Part shown: positions 17,679 through 30,625 of the stretch, one piece after another
Position numbering within the stretch: the stretch's first letter is position 1
Layout: each line of letters starts with the position of its first letter
NCBI GenBank assembly: GCA_944338075.1
Contig: CALVLM010000011.1
Span: 403 to 64,402 of the forward strand
Source: Candidatus Gallimonas intestinigallinarum
GTDB lineage: Bacteria; Bacillota; Clostridia; Christensenellales; Borkfalkiaceae
Direction of reading: 5' to 3'
Length of the DNA stretch: 64,000 nt
The notes under the pieces: generated by a model
The model's database searches: none
Told to the model about the DNA's origin: nothing
Seen by the model: the letters and a program-made list of their open reading frames with translations, nothing else
Position numbers and translations under genes: made by a program

Positions 17679-20405
17679 ATGATCGAATTGCGCAACGTAT
17701 CAAAGACGTATCGTCCTAAGAAGGGAGTGCCCGTGCAGGCGTTGAAGAACGTCTCCGTCACGTTTCCCGATCGCGGGATGTATTTTATCCTCGGGCGTTC
17801 GGGGAGCGGCAAGACGACCGCGTTGTATCTGCTCGGCGGGCTGGACGCGTGCACCGAAGGCGATCTGTTGGTCGACGGGAAATCGACCAAGCACTTTTCG
17901 CAGAAAGATTGGGACGCCTATCGGAACCGGGAGGTCGGATTTGTCTTTCAGGACTACAATCTGTTCGAGCGCTTCAATGTAGTACAGAATGTCTCCCTCG
18001 CCTCGGAACTGCAAGGGGAAAAGCGGGATGACGGGCGGGTTGCGCAGGTCCTGCGGGCGGTCGGCATGGAGGGCTACGAAAAGCGCGCGCCCAAAGAGCT
18101 TTCGGGCGGTCAGCAACAGCGCGTTGCCGTTGCCCGCGCGCTCATCAAGGACCCTTCCGTCCTGCTTGCGGACGAGCCGACGGGTGCGCTCGACGAAAAG
18201 ACGGGCGAAGAGCTGTTCGGGCTTCTCAAAGAGCTGTCCAAACAAAAGCTGGTCATCGTCGTCTCGCACGATCGGGATTTTGCCGAAAAATACGGCGACG
18301 GGATCCTGGAGTTTGCAGACGGCGAGGTCATCCGCGACACCGTCAGCGGCGCCGCGGCAAACGAGCGCCGCGATCAGGACGGGGAAGCGGCAAAACACAC
18401 TGTCCGTTCCAGACGGCGGGGGCTGGGGATCGCTTCCCGCCTGCGCCTGTCCGCGAAGGGGCTTGTGCAGCATCCCGTGCGCATGGTCGTCACGATCTTT
18501 CTGGCGATGATCTGTTTTGCGCTTGCGGCATTTACCAACAGCGTTTCTTCCTATGATCGGGACGAGGTCATCCTGCGCTCCATGCGGGAGGCGGGCGTCT
18601 CCTACATCGGCTTCGGGATCAATACCTCCATTGTGTCGGATAACAGCGGCGGGAGCCCTTATGAATGGGGCCGCTGGACGCTGCAGGACGAAGCAAACTT
18701 TATCGAGCGAACAGGCGCGGAACGGATCGACTATGCGCTCTCCGATTTGCAGGACGAGTATGCGTCGCCCGAAGAGGTCTTTTTTACGGGCGGGCTTCCG
18801 CTGAAAGAAGGGATGATGGAGCTGTATGGGCTGCGCCTTCTCGGCGGCAGGCTGCCGGAGATTGTTTCGGGCGATGCACCGCAGGAGGTCGCGATCTCGG
18901 AATTTATCTTCCGCAAATTTGTCGAACAGGGGTATGAGGAATACGCGTATCGGACCGATCTTCCCTATGGGGACGGCACGGGTTACGCTCTGACGGGGCG
19001 CGTGCTTCCTGTTTCCGAATATGACGATCTGCTCGGGCAGGTGCTGCTCATCGGGGGGCATTGCTATACCGTCGTCGGGATCCTTGACACGGGCTACGAC
19101 TTTGAGCGCTACGGCGACCTCGACGAGAACGACCCCATGTCGGAAGAGCTGCACAAAGAGTCGATCACGGGCGAATTGCTGCAGCTGCACCGCATTGCCT
19201 TCCTGTGCGGCGACTACGAGGATCTCGTTTCGTTCGGGCTGGAACACTTTGTTTCCTTTCAGTCCTGGAGGAGCATGACGGGGACCATGGATGGCAATCA
19301 GGACGACTGGGTTTCGCTGGACGGCGTCGGATCACACCCCGCCGAGGATCTGACGATCTGGTATCGCGACGGCGCAAGGGAGCTTGGGGAGTCGGATGTG
19401 TTGCTTCCGTTGTCTGTTTTGTCGGAATTTGACGATCGTCAGACCCTGAACGAGATCAGGATGCGATACATCCGTGAATTCGCAGAGGAACATGCTGCGC
19501 AGACCGATCTCAATACGGAGGCTTATATCGATTATATCATTTCGACGGAGTTCGGCGAAAACAACTATCACCCGGGATACAACTTCGCATATTTCGACCG
19601 CCTTGCCCTGTTGGAGCTTGCGCAGGACGAGACCGTGTTCGACCGCTTTGAAACCATCACGCTGGATCTGGCGGGATATGTGTTTGAAGATATGAATATC
19701 GTCGGCTATTACGATAATACGCAGCTGCCTGCGCGGGAGGAATGGCCGGCGGTCGTCCTCTGTCAGGAAGAACTGGTGCTCTATATGGACGGGCTGAGCG
19801 GTACGGAGCAGTATTCCATGCTGTTTGTGCCGCTCACGGGCGATGATGCGCGCGACGCAAGGCTGCTGAATGACATGATTCTCATGGCGGTCGACGGCGT
19901 ATCGTACACGACGCTTTCGTTTACGGGCGGCAGGCAGCTGATTTCGGGCAATGTGCAGATCACTTCCGTGCAACACTCGCATAATCTCCTGCGCACCTTT
20001 GCCAATTTGTTTGTCTGGGTTTCGGTCGGATTCGCCGTGTTCGCCTGCGTCATGTTCTTTAACTATATCCATGCCAGCATTACGGGGCGGCAGCGGGAGA
20101 TCGGCATTTTCCGAAGCATGGGGGCAAGTAAGAAGGACGTGTTCCTGCTCTTCTTCGGGGAAAGCATTCTCATCGCGTTGCTGAGTGCGGTGTTCGCGAT
20201 CGTTCTGTTTGCGGCAGCGGTTGCGGGATTCAATTTCTATATGCAGACTGCGCTTCTCCTTCCCATCACGCTTCTCTCTGTCCAAGCGGTGCAGATCGTC
20301 CTGATCGTCGGTCTGAGCGCGGCGGTCGCGCTGCTTGCGACATTTCTTCCCTGCTACATCAATTCGCGGAAAAAGCCCATTGACGTCATCCGCAGTGCGT
20401 TTTGA
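17679..20405 (+). CDS. Fused ABC transporter, MacB/FtsX type: ATPase, large extracytoplasmic domain and FtsX permease
   Basis: Walker A GRSGSGKTT, signature LSGGQQQRVAVARAL and Walker B LLADEPTGALD. These are followed by a TM helix, a ~470-aa acidic domain and a C-terminal FtsX-like 3-TM block. AGGAGAAGG Shine-Dalgarno sequence. Confidence 0.9.
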   Translation: MIELRNVSKTYRPKKGVPVQALKNVSVTFPDRGMYFILGRSGSGKTTALYLLGGLDACTEGDLLVDGKSTKHFSQKDWDAYRNREVGFVFQDYNLFERFNVVQNVSLASELQGEKRDDGRVAQVLRAVGMEGYEKRAPKELSGGQQQRVAVARALIKDPSVLLADEPTGALDEKTGEELFGLLKELSKQKLVIVVSHDRDFAEKYGDGILEFADGEVIRDTVSGAAANERRDQDGEAAKHTVRSRRRGLGIASRLRLSAKGLVQHPVRMVVTIFLAMICFALAAFTNSVSSYDRDEVILRSMREAGVSYIGFGINTSIVSDNSGGSPYEWGRWTLQDEANFIERTGAERIDYALSDLQDEYASPEEVFFTGGLPLKEGMMELYGLRLLGGRLPEIVSGDAPQEVAISEFIFRKFVEQGYEEYAYRTDLPYGDGTGYALTGRVLPVSEYDDLLGQVLLIGGHCYTVVGILDTGYDFERYGDLDENDPMSEELHKESITGELLQLHRIAFLCGDYEDLVSFGLEHFVSFQSWRSMTGTMDGNQDDWVSLDGVGSHPAEDLTIWYRDGARELGESDVLLPLSVLSEFDDRQTLNEIRMRYIREFAEEHAAQTDLNTEAYIDYIISTEFGENNYHPGYNFAYFDRLALLELAQDETVFDRFETITLDLAGYVFEDMNIVGYYDNTQLPAREEWPAVVLCQEELVLYMDGLSGTEQYSMLFVPLTGDDARDARLLNDMILMAVDGVSYTTLSFTGGRQLISGNVQITSVQHSHNLLRTFANLFVWVSVGFAVFACVMFFNYIHASITGRQREIGIFRSMGASKKDVFLLFFGESILIALLSAVFAIVLFAAAVAGFNFYMQTALLLPITLLSVQAVQIVLIVGLSAAVALLATFLPCYINSRKKPIDVIRSAF

Positions 20406-20417
20406 GCGCCTGACAAA

Positions 20418-20448
20418 CAAAAAGACGGCAGCGTGTTGCCGTCTTTTT
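20418..20448. terminator. Bidirectional terminator between the ABC transporter and GDPD genes
   Basis: Stem AAAGACGGCA / TGCCGTCTTT, flanked by A and T runs. Confidence 0.75.
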
Positions 20449-20451
20449 GCA

Positions 20452-21192
20452 TTATGCAAGGAAATGTTCGAAGATGATGTTGTCGACGTACGGCTTGAGG
20501 CGATCCGCTTCCTCCTGCGAGCGCACCGTCCAGGCGAGTTTTGTTTTGGGGTACGACGTCAAAGCGGGCGAGGGGTAGTCCTCGGCGCGGTAGCTTAAAA
20601 AGTCCAGCTTTTCTGCCCAGCGGAGGCTCATATTCCTGACCGCAAACGCCTTGATGCGCCACACGGGCGAGCCGTCGAAGTCGGACTTTTTCATTGCTTC
20701 GCCCGAGCCTAAAATGCCGCAGGCGATTTCGGGGCAGAGCTTTTTGTACGCCCGTACATAGGCGGGCTGGAAGGACTGCACGGCGTATTCGCCGGAAAAA
20801 GTGCGCATCGCCTCGTGTACGGCGCGTGCCACCGTGTCCGCGGGGACACCGGGCATGTCCTTGATCTCAAGAAGAAGGGGCGCACGGCCGGAAAGGCAGG
20901 CGAGCGCGTCCTGAAAGAGGGGGATGCGCTGCTCGCTCCCTGCAAGGTGCAGCTTGGTAAGCTCGGCGGCGGTACATTCGGCGACGGCGCCCTCCTGCCC
21001 CGTCATGCGCGCGAGCAGGGCGTCGTGAAAGACGATCAGCTGCCGGTCTTTGGAAAAGTGCACGTCCGTCTCGACGGCATACCCATGCCGTATGGCGTTT
21101 TCAAATGCCGCAAGACTGTTTTCGGGATACCTTTCATCGTGCAGGCCGCGGTGCGCGATGGGCGTGTGCGTGAGAAAATCGGGAAGTTTCAT
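20452..21192 (-). CDS. Glycerophosphodiester phosphodiesterase family protein
   Basis: MKLPDFLTHTPIAHRGLHDERYPENSLAAFENAI..ETDVHFSKDRQLIVFHD (GDPD HR..EN..E.D motifs). Only the last 246 codons of the track ORF 20452-22140 are coding. The remainder is antisense to lepA. Confidence 0.85.
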   Translation of the reverse strand: MKLPDFLTHTPIAHRGLHDERYPENSLAAFENAIRHGYAVETDVHFSKDRQLIVFHDALLARMTGQEGAVAECTAAELTKLHLAGSEQRIPLFQDALACLSGRAPLLLEIKDMPGVPADTVARAVHEAMRTFSGEYAVQSFQPAYVRAYKKLCPEIACGILGSGEAMKKSDFDGSPVWRIKAFAVRNMSLRWAEKLDFLSYRAEDYPSPALTSYPKTKLAWTVRSQEEADRLKPYVDNIIFEHFLA

Positions 21193-21294
21193 GCGTATAT
21201 TGTAGCAAATCGGCGGAAAGATTTCAATAGCGGTTGCAAAATTTTCATAAATTTTGTATAATATGGGTCGATAAGAAAGGTTTTGGGAGACGGC

Positions 21295-23109
21295 ATGGCA
21301 AAAGCAAGCAAGTATCTTCGCAATTTCTGCATCATTGCGCATATCGACCACGGCAAGAGCACGATCGCCGACCGCATCATGGAACTCACCGGGCAGGTGA
21401 GCAAGCGCGACATGGAGGATCAGCTCCTCGATTCCATGGACATCGAGCGCGAGCGCGGCATCACGATCAAACTCACGCCCGTCAGAATGTATTATAACGC
21501 CCTGGACGGGAACGAGTACGAATTCAACCTCATCGATACGCCCGGACATGTGGACTTTACCTATGAAGTCAGCCGCTCGCTCGCTGCGTGCGAGGGGGCG
21601 TTGGTTGTCGTAGACGCGACGCAGGGCGTGGAGGCGCAGACGCTCGCAAACGTCTATCTTGCGTTGGAAAACAATCTCGAGCTGGTGCCCGTCATCAACA
21701 AGATCGACCTGCAATCTGCGCGCATCGAGGAGACCAAGGCGGAGATTGAGGAAGTCATCGGGCTGGACGCCTCCGAAGCGCCCTGTGTCTCGGCAAAAGA
21801 GGGCACCAATATCCGCGATATTCTGGAGGCGGTGGTCAAATTCGTCCCGCCGCCCGAGGGGGACACGGACGATCCCCTGCGCGCGCTCATCTTTGACAGC
21901 TATTACGATAACTACAAGGGCGTCATTCTGTTCGTGCGCATCAAGGACGGGCAGGTCAAGGTGGGAGACAAGATCAGGACGTTTCTCTCCGAAAAGACGT
22001 ACGACGTCACCGAAGTGGGCGCATTCGCCCCGCAGATGCAGCCTAAAAACATTCTGCTGGCGGGCGAGGTCGGCTATATCGCCGCGAGCATCAAGTCTAT
22101 CGAGGACGTCGAGGTGGGCGACACCGTCATCAGCGCGCAAAATCCCGCCGCGCAGCCGCTGCCCGGCTACAAAAAGGTGCAGCCCGTCGTCTTTTGCGGC
22201 ATCTATCCCCTGGACGGCAGCAAGTTCGTAGACCTGCGGGAGGCGATCTTAAAACTCAAGCTCAACGACGCGGCGCTCACCTTTGAGCCGGACAACTCCG
22301 TCGCGCTCGGGTTTGGCTTCCGCTGCGGCTTTTTGGGGCTATTGCACATGGAGATCGTGCAGGAGCGCATCGAGCGCGAATTCAACCTCGATATCATCAC
22401 GACGGCGCCCTCCGTCTCCTACCTCGTTCACAAGACCAACGGCGAGAGCTTCTATGTGGACAACCCGTCCCACCTCCCGCCGCCCACCGATATCGATTAC
22501 ATGGAGGAGCCCATCGTCAAGGCGGAGATCTACACCCCGCCCGAATACGTCGGCTCCATCATGGAACTGTGCCAGGACAAGCGGGGCGTCTACAAGGACA
22601 TGACCTATCTCGACGCCCGCCGCGTCCGCCTGGAGTATCGGCTTCCGCTCAACGAGATCGTCTATGACTTCTTCGACGAACTCAAGTCCCGCACCAAGGG
22701 GTATGCGAGCTTTGACTACGAGGTCGCGGGCTATGAAAAGAGCAAACTGGTCAAACTGGATATCCTTCTGAACGGCGAGGTGTGCGACGCGCTCTCGACC
22801 ATCGTGCACGAGGATCACGCCTACCGCCGCGGCAGGATGCTCGCGGAGAACCTGAAGGAGGCGATCCCCCGTCAGCTGTTTGAGGTGCCCATTCAGGCGG
22901 CGGTCGGCGGCAAGATCATCGCCCGCGAGACGGTCAAGGCAGTCAGAAAGGACGTCCTTGCCAAGTGCTACGGCGGCGACATTACGAGAAAGAAAAAGCT
23001 GCTCGAAAAGCAGAAAGAGGGCAAGAAGCGCATGCGCCAGGTGGGCACGGTGGAAGTGCCCAGCGAGGTATTCATGGAGATCTTAAAGACCAATAAGGAC
23101 AGAAAATGA
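21295..23109 (+). CDS. lepA: Translation elongation factor 4
   Basis: [19 protein letters not shown] and NKID GTPase motifs, and a LepA-type C-terminus. The ATG at 21295 follows GGGAGA. The track TTG start is 21283. Confidence 0.95.
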   Translation: MAKASKYLRNFCIIAHIDHGKSTIADRIMELTGQVSKRDMEDQLLDSMDIERERGITIKLTPVRMYYNALDGNEYEFNLIDTPGHVDFTYEVSRSLAACEGALVVVDATQGVEAQTLANVYLALENNLELVPVINKIDLQSARIEETKAEIEEVIGLDASEAPCVSAKEGTNIRDILEAVVKFVPPPEGDTDDPLRALIFDSYYDNYKGVILFVRIKDGQVKVGDKIRTFLSEKTYDVTEVGAFAPQMQPKNILLAGEVGYIAASIKSIEDVEVGDTVISAQNPAAQPLPGYKKVQPVVFCGIYPLDGSKFVDLREAILKLKLNDAALTFEPDNSVALGFGFRCGFLGLLHMEIVQERIEREFNLDIITTAPSVSYLVHKTNGESFYVDNPSHLPPPTDIDYMEEPIVKAEIYTPPEYVGSIMELCQDKRGVYKDMTYLDARRVRLEYRLPLNEIVYDFFDELKSRTKGYASFDYEVAGYEKSKLVKLDILLNGEVCDALSTIVHEDHAYRRGRMLAENLKEAIPRQLFEVPIQAAVGGKIIARETVKAVRKDVLAKCYGGDITRKKKLLEKQKEGKKRMRQVGTVEVPSEVFMEILKTNKDRK

Positions 23110-23441
23110 GCGGACGTACCCCCAAAAACGCGACCAATACGAGGCTGTTTGAGCGCGTGTACGAATTTGTCAGGCGCGTGCCCAAGGGCAAGGTCGTCAC
23201 ATACGGACAGGTGGCGGCGGCGATCGGCGCGCCGCGCTGCGCAAGGCAGGTGGGCTGGGCGCTGCACGTCAACCCCGAGCCCGGCGTCATTCCCTGCCAC
23301 CGCGTCGTCAACCGTGAAGGAAGGCTCGCGCCCGCATTCGCCTTCGGCGGCCAGGAGGTGCAGGCAAGCCTTCTGGAGGCGGAGGGCGTGCAGGTCGAAG
23401 GCGGTTACGTCGATCTGAACAAATACCGCTGGGAGGAGTAA
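23106..23441 (+). CDS. MGMT-fold protein (methylated-DNA-protein-cysteine methyltransferase DNA-binding domain only)
   Basis: 111 aa with [13 protein letters not shown] and an intact PCHRVV active-site motif. ATGA overlap with the lepA stop. Confidence 0.8.
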   Translation: MSGRTPKNATNTRLFERVYEFVRRVPKGKVVTYGQVAAAIGAPRCARQVGWALHVNPEPGVIPCHRVVNREGRLAPAFAFGGQEVQASLLEAEGVQVEGGYVDLNKYRWEE

Positions 23442-23442
23442 T

Positions 23443-24552
23443 ATGGCAGGCATCTATATTCACGTTCCCTTCTGCAAACACAAGTGCACGTACTGCGACT
23501 TTGTCTCCTTTCCCAACCGCATGGACGTCGCCGAGGCGTACATGGCGTGCGTCCTCAAAGAACTGGAGATGCGCGGCAAGGAGCTGGAGGGCAGAGCGTT
23601 TGACACCGTCTATTTCGGCGGCGGCACGCCCAGCGTCGTCGACCCCAAGTATATCTATGCCGTCATGCGGCAGATCAAAAAGTGCTTTACGCTCTCCGCC
23701 CGCCCTGAGATCACGATCGAAATGAACCCCGGAACGGTGAGCGAACAGAAGATCGCCATGTACAAGCGCGCGGGCATCAATCGCTTCTCCATCGGCTTGC
23801 AGACGGCGATCGACGAGCAGCTTGCGGATCTGGGCAGAATCCACACCGTGCGCGACTATCTCTATTGCACCTCCTTGATCAAAGGGGAGAACTTCTCCGC
23901 CGATATCATGCTGGGCATCAAGAACCAGACGCAGGAGGACGTCAGAAAGACCATCGAGATCGCCGCGGGCAGCGGGGCAAAGCACATTTCCATGTATGCC
24001 CTGACGCCCGAGGACGGCACGCCCATCTACACCGATTATCTCAACGGCGAGCTGCCCGACGGGGACGAGGTCGCCGCGCTCTATGACTTCGGCTGTAATC
24101 TGCTCAAAGAGAAGGGGTATCACCGCTATGAAGTGAGCAACTTCTGCAAAAAGGGGTTCGAGAGCAGGCACAACCTCAACTACTGGCGGCGCGGAGAGTA
24201 TGTCGGCGTCGGGGTGAGCGCAAGTTCGTTTATGAGCGGGCGGCGGCTGCTCAATACCGCCAACCTGGACGAGTACATGAAGTGCATCTTGTCCGGCTTC
24301 CTTCCCGTCATCGACAGCGAGGAGGTCGGCGTGCAGGACGCCAAGTTCGAGACGGTCATGCTCGGGCTGCGCACGGTGTACGGCTTCTCGCCGAGCGAAT
24401 ATCAAAAGCAATTCGGAACCGACTGGAAGGAGGACTTTGCCGCAGCGTACAAAAAGACGAGGCAGTACCTCTTGGAGGAGGGGGACAGCGTGCGCATCAG
24501 GGACGAGTACCTGTATGTGCAGAACATGATTCTCTCCGAGTACGCGCAGTGA
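23443..24552 (+). CDS. hemW: Radical SAM haem chaperone HemW (HemN-like)
   Basis: GIYIHVPFCKHKCTYCDF CxxxCxxC motif. The lepA-hemW synteny is typical of Firmicutes. Confidence 0.9.
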   Translation: MAGIYIHVPFCKHKCTYCDFVSFPNRMDVAEAYMACVLKELEMRGKELEGRAFDTVYFGGGTPSVVDPKYIYAVMRQIKKCFTLSARPEITIEMNPGTVSEQKIAMYKRAGINRFSIGLQTAIDEQLADLGRIHTVRDYLYCTSLIKGENFSADIMLGIKNQTQEDVRKTIEIAAGSGAKHISMYALTPEDGTPIYTDYLNGELPDGDEVAALYDFGCNLLKEKGYHRYEVSNFCKKGFESRHNLNYWRRGEYVGVGVSASSFMSGRRLLNTANLDEYMKCILSGFLPVIDSEEVGVQDAKFETVMLGLRTVYGFSPSEYQKQFGTDWKEDFAAAYKKTRQYLLEEGDSVRIRDEYLYVQNMILSEYAQ

Positions 24553-24570
24553 CACAGGACAATACAAAGA

Positions 24571-24609
24571 AAAAACGGGATGCGTTTTGAACAACGTATC
24601 CCGTTTTTT
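24571..24609. terminator. Bidirectional terminator between hemW and the amidase-like gene
   Basis: Stem ACGGGATGCGT / ACGTATCCCGT, flanked by A and T runs. Confidence 0.65.
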
Positions 24610-24625
24610 GTACCAAGTATGCAGT

Positions 24626-25474
24626 TTACCAGATATTCTGCGGGTCAAAACCGAACACCTGCACGACTTCGAACAGGTCGCTGTGAACGATATCCCGCGT
24701 CGTGCAGACGGGGCCGCCGTCTGAATCGATGTCATAGCCGTAGTACCAGTACGCCTGCCAGACGAGGTGGGAACAATGCGTCTCCTGCGGCGTGACGCCC
24801 TGGTCCTTGGGGGAGAGAATGCCCACCGTGATCGAATAGGGGACCCTGTTCAGCCGATCGAGCGCAGTCTCGGCGATCTGCGCGCGCTTTGCCTCGTCCG
24901 CGTCCTTGAGGCGCAGTACCACAAAATTGGGGCTTTGGCGGAAGAAGTTGACGTTGCTGGAATTGTTGCTCGGGATGCCGAGCGAGATGGACTCCAGGAT
25001 CGTATTCGTGCGGGCGTTGGTGACGATGGCGGCATGTCCGTTCTGCCAGCCGTAGGTGTGACAGGTGGACGTGACGAGGACGTCGCCGTCCTGCAGATCG
25101 ACGATGGGGGCGCGGTAGCCGTCTGCAAACCGATCGTGCTGGGTGGTGATCGCCGCCGCGACGTGTTCGATCTCCCCGTCGTAGAAAAAGGCGTCCTGGA
25201 ATTCGAGGATGCGATCAGGCTTGTCCTTCATCTCGTCGAGCGCCGTGCGGGAAAGTCCCGTCTGCGCATACAGCGTCTCGTAGTCCTGTTCCGACCAGCT
25301 CTCCTTTGCGAGGATCTCGGTGAGATCGGCCCTGGCATAGGAGGGAACCCAGCGCACCGCCGTATCGACGATCGCGTCGGCGATCAGCATAAAACAGACC
25401 ATGGCCGCTAAAAATATGCATAGAGCGAGCAGGAACGCGAGTGCGATGCGACCCGCGCGTTTTGCGATCTTCAT
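24626..25474 (-). CDS. Membrane-anchored permuted papain-fold hydrolase (YiiX/C92, NlpC/P60 superfamily-like)
   Basis: N-terminal TM helix. The His-containing block GDVLVTSTCHTYGWQNGHAAIV precedes the Cys block ETHCSHLVWQAY, which is the permuted order. The family assignment is from memory of the motif pattern. Confidence 0.5.
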   Translation of the reverse strand: MKIAKRAGRIALAFLLALCIFLAAMVCFMLIADAIVDTAVRWVPSYARADLTEILAKESWSEQDYETLYAQTGLSRTALDEMKDKPDRILEFQDAFFYDGEIEHVAAAITTQHDRFADGYRAPIVDLQDGDVLVTSTCHTYGWQNGHAAIVTNARTNTILESISLGIPSNNSSNVNFFRQSPNFVVLRLKDADEAKRAQIAETALDRLNRVPYSITVGILSPKDQGVTPQETHCSHLVWQAYWYYGYDIDSDGGPVCTTRDIVHSDLFEVVQVFGFDPQNIW

Positions 25475-25553
25475 GACATCCTCCTGTTGTATCTTGTAAC
25501 AGTATATCCGCTTTTTCGCGCGCTGTCAATCGCTCGCGGGGCAAAAGCGCGTG

Positions 25554-25581
25554 AAAAAACCGCCCGTCGGGGCGGTTTTCA
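25554..25581 (-). terminator. Terminator of the lipoprotein gene
   Basis: Stem AAAACCGCCC / GGGCGGTTTT with loop GTCG. There is a T run on the minus strand. Confidence 0.7.
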
Positions 25582-25615
25582 AAAATTTTGGACACAGTGC
25601 GCCAAAAAATGGAAA

Positions 25616-26263
25616 TTATGTCGCGCGGTGGGCGAGGATCTCTCCCGTCTGCGCATCGATTAAAAGTGCGATCTGCTCCTCGCCGTCCGTCACGGCGACA
25701 TAGTAGTAGTTTTGTTCCCGCCGCAGCAGACGTACACGGAATTCGCCGCAGAACACGCCCTCTTTCCGCATGCGGTTGAGTGTCTCGTTTTCGCTCTCCG
25801 TGAGCACGGCGAGCGCTGCTTCCGGCGAGAGGGTTTCCTCCGTGCGCACGCTCGTCGCGGCGACCTCATAAGTGCGCTCCCCCCAGGCGATGCGCAGGTC
25901 GACACTGCCCGCGGGGAAGGTGTCCACCCCCTGGGAAAAGCGGTAGTCGCCATGCACCGCCGAAAAGGACGCCTCGCCGCCCCAGCTCTCGTCGGCGGCG
26001 TAGACGAGGACGTCGCCCGCAGGGGAGACGGCGGGGGTGAGCGTGACTTCGATCAGGTCGGACATGGGGCAGGCGATGCCGTCGTCCGCATAGGGGTATT
26101 CGCGTGACGTGCACGAGAGCGTGAGCGTAAAGTCCTCCGTCTGCGCACAGAAAATGTCCCGCCGCACCTCGGAGATGTGCTCCGTGTAGTCCTCCTGTCT
26201 GCATGCCGAGAGTACGGGCAGGAGTGCAGCGAGAAGTATGATGCTTGCAATGCGTCGTCTCAT
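25616..26263 (-). CDS. Putative lipoprotein with a PepSY-like C-terminus
   Basis: Signal peptide and lipobox MRRRIASIILLAALLPVLSAC. The C-terminal IALLIDAQTGEIL pattern resembles PepSY. The start was moved to the internal Met; the track start is 26341. Confidence 0.65.
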   Translation of the reverse strand: MRRRIASIILLAALLPVLSACRQEDYTEHISEVRRDIFCAQTEDFTLTLSCTSREYPYADDGIACPMSDLIEVTLTPAVSPAGDVLVYAADESWGGEASFSAVHGDYRFSQGVDTFPAGSVDLRIAWGERTYEVAATSVRTEETLSPEAALAVLTESENETLNRMRKEGVFCGEFRVRLLRREQNYYYVAVTDGEEQIALLIDAQTGEILAHRAT

Positions 26264-26406
26264 GTCTACACTGTATGCGCTTTTGCTGCGGGAAATGACT
26301 TTTCGGGCGACTTTTTTGTGATTTTCTGTTGCATTTTTCATGCGCGTGTGATAGAATGGATAAAATCATCATTCCAGAGGGTCAGCGCTCGCGCGTTTAC
26401 GATATT

Positions 26407-28477
<2,071 letters not shown>

Positions 28478-28534
28478 ACCTCAAAAACGCCCGCACGGGC
28501 GTTTTTCACATGACATTACAATATGGAGATGACT

Positions 28535-30070
28535 ATGCAACACGAAAGAGTGCTCGTTCTCGACTTCGGCGGACAGTACAACCAACTCATTGCGCGCCGC
28601 GTGCGCGACCTGAAGGTCTATTGCGACTTAAAGCCCTGCGACATGACGGTGGAGGAGATCAAGGCGTACGATCCCATCGGCATCATCTTCACGGGCGGCC
28701 CCAACAGCGTGTATGACGCGGGTTCGCCTCATATCGATCCCGCAGTCCTGCAGCTCGGCATTCCCGTGCTCGGCATCTGCTACGGCTGCCAGCTCATCGC
28801 CTACACGCTGGGAGGTAAAGTAGAGCACGCCGCGACCAGCGAGTACGGCAAGCGCACCTTCTCCTTTGTCAAGCCAAGTCCGCTCTCCAAGGATATCCCC
28901 GAGAGCAGTATCTGCTGGATGAGCCATACCGATCACGTCACGCAGGTTCCTGCGGGCTTTGAAGTGCTCGCTTCCACACAGACCTGCCCCGTTACGGTGT
29001 ACGGGAGCGAGGAAAAGCGCATCTACGGCGTGCAGTTTCACCCCGAGGTCGTCCACTCCGAGTACGGCAACAAGATTCTGGAAAACTTCCTCTATGAAGT
29101 CTGCGGCGCCAAGGGCGACTGGACGATGGGCGGCTTTGTTGCCGAACAGGTCGAAAAGATCAGGTGCAAGGTGGGAGGCAAAAAGGTGCTCTGCGCCATG
29201 TCGGGCGGCGTCGATTCCGCCGTCGCCGCGACGCTCATCCATAGGGCGATCGGCAGTCAGCTCATCTGCGTGTTCGTCGATCACGGTCTGCACCGCAAGA
29301 ACGAGCCGGAGGAGGTCATGTCCGTATTCCGCGACGGGCTGGGCATGAACCTCATCAAAGCGGACGCCGCCGATAGCTTCCTTGCGAAACTTGCGGGCGT
29401 CACCGACCCCGAGCAGAAGCGCAAGATCATCGGCGCGGAGTTCATCAACGTCTTTGAAAAAGAGGCGAAAAAGATCGGCGCGGTGGACTTTTTGGTGCAG
29501 GGCACCATCTATCCAGACGTCATTGAGAGCGGCAAGGGCAAGAGCGCGGTCATCAAGTCCCATCACAACGTGGGCGGGCTTCCCGACGTCGTCGATTTCA
29601 AGGAGATCATCGAGCCGCTGCGCGACCTCTTTAAGGACGAAGTGCGCCGCGTCGGCACGGAATTGGGGCTTCCCGACTCCGTCGTCTGGCGGCAGCCCTG
29701 CCCCGGTCCCGCGCTCGCCATCCGTATCATGGGCGAAGTCACGCGCGAGAAGCTGGAGACGCTGCGCGACGCGGACTATATCTTCCGTGAGGAGATCGCA
29801 AAGGCGGGGCTGGACAAGAGCATCTGGCAGTATTTTGCCGTCATCACCAACAGCAAGACGGTGGGCGTGCAGGGGGACTTCCGCACCTATGAGAACGTCA
29901 TTGCCCTGCGCGCGGTCATGAGCGTGGACGCCATGACGGCGGACTGGGCGCGTATTCCCTATGACGTTCTGGAGACGGTCTCCAACCGCATCACCAACGA
30001 GGTAAAGCACGCCAACCGCATCGTGTACGACATCACCAGCAAGCCCCCGGCGACCATCGAGTGGGAGTGA
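28535..30070 (+). CDS. guaA: GMP synthase (glutamine-hydrolysing)
   Basis: GATase (VLGICYGCQ), ATP-PPase SGGVDS and a C-terminal dimerisation domain ending in IEWE. The start is uncertain (28523, 28529 or 28535). Confidence 0.95.
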   Translation: MQHERVLVLDFGGQYNQLIARRVRDLKVYCDLKPCDMTVEEIKAYDPIGIIFTGGPNSVYDAGSPHIDPAVLQLGIPVLGICYGCQLIAYTLGGKVEHAATSEYGKRTFSFVKPSPLSKDIPESSICWMSHTDHVTQVPAGFEVLASTQTCPVTVYGSEEKRIYGVQFHPEVVHSEYGNKILENFLYEVCGAKGDWTMGGFVAEQVEKIRCKVGGKKVLCAMSGGVDSAVAATLIHRAIGSQLICVFVDHGLHRKNEPEEVMSVFRDGLGMNLIKADAADSFLAKLAGVTDPEQKRKIIGAEFINVFEKEAKKIGAVDFLVQGTIYPDVIESGKGKSAVIKSHHNVGGLPDVVDFKEIIEPLRDLFKDEVRRVGTELGLPDSVVWRQPCPGPALAIRIMGEVTREKLETLRDADYIFREEIAKAGLDKSIWQYFAVITNSKTVGVQGDFRTYENVIALRAVMSVDAMTADWARIPYDVLETVSNRITNEVKHANRIVYDITSKPPATIEWE

Positions 30071-30184
30071 GCCATTGGAATGTAAAGGACGCATTTTCAG
30101 CGAATGAAAGAAACCTGCGAGACTTGACACAAAGCCGAAGCGGGTTTTTTGTTGAAACGTGTTTGGTAAAGCTGAGGAGCTATT

Positions 30185-30579
30185 ATGGAGATAAGAGAAT
30201 TGGGCTTAGAGCAGACGGAAGAGATAAAGCGATTGATGGTTGAAATTTTTTCCAAAGAACCGTGGAATGATATGTGGACGGATACGCAGTTGCATGCGTA
30301 TGTGTTGGAACTGATTTGATCGGCATGGCATTGGGCAGGATCAGGAGTTGGTATGAGGGGACGGAATACTGGATCGATGAGTTTGGAATCGCATCCGAAA
30401 TGCAATGCCGCGGGGCAGGAACGAAGTTTCTCACTGAATTGGAATGCCTTCTCAAAGGTAGAGGGGTAAAACACATCGTGCTGCTCACAGAACGGAGCGT
30501 TCCAGCCTATCGTTTTTATCTGAAAAACGGTTTTTCGGAACAACAGGGAACGGTGTTCTTTGTAAAAGCCATAGGATGA
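30185..30579 (+). pseudogene. GNAT N-acetyltransferase disrupted by an internal deletion or frameshift
   Basis: The 44-codon N-terminal piece MEIRELGLEQTEEIKRLMVEIFSKEPWNDMWTD..YVLELI stops at TGA 30317-30319. The GNAT core continues in another frame (LIGMALGRI..YWIDEFGIASEMQCRGAGTKFL..VLLTERSVPAYRFYLKNGF). Confidence 0.6.
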
Positions 30580-30625
30580 TACGTCAAAAACGCATTAATT
30601 TTTCTGAAAATATTCATTCAAACGC

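Noticed and set aside
17700-20459. 515-aa and 375-aa minus-strand ORFs opposite the fused ABC transporter gene
   Set aside because: The plus strand has Walker A, signature and Walker B motifs plus an FtsX domain. The minus-strand products are Arg/Pro-rich with no motifs.
21193-22140. N-terminal 316 codons of track ORF 20452-22140
   Set aside because: This part is antisense to lepA. The GDPD domain begins at the internal Met at 21192, and the upstream part has no homology pattern.
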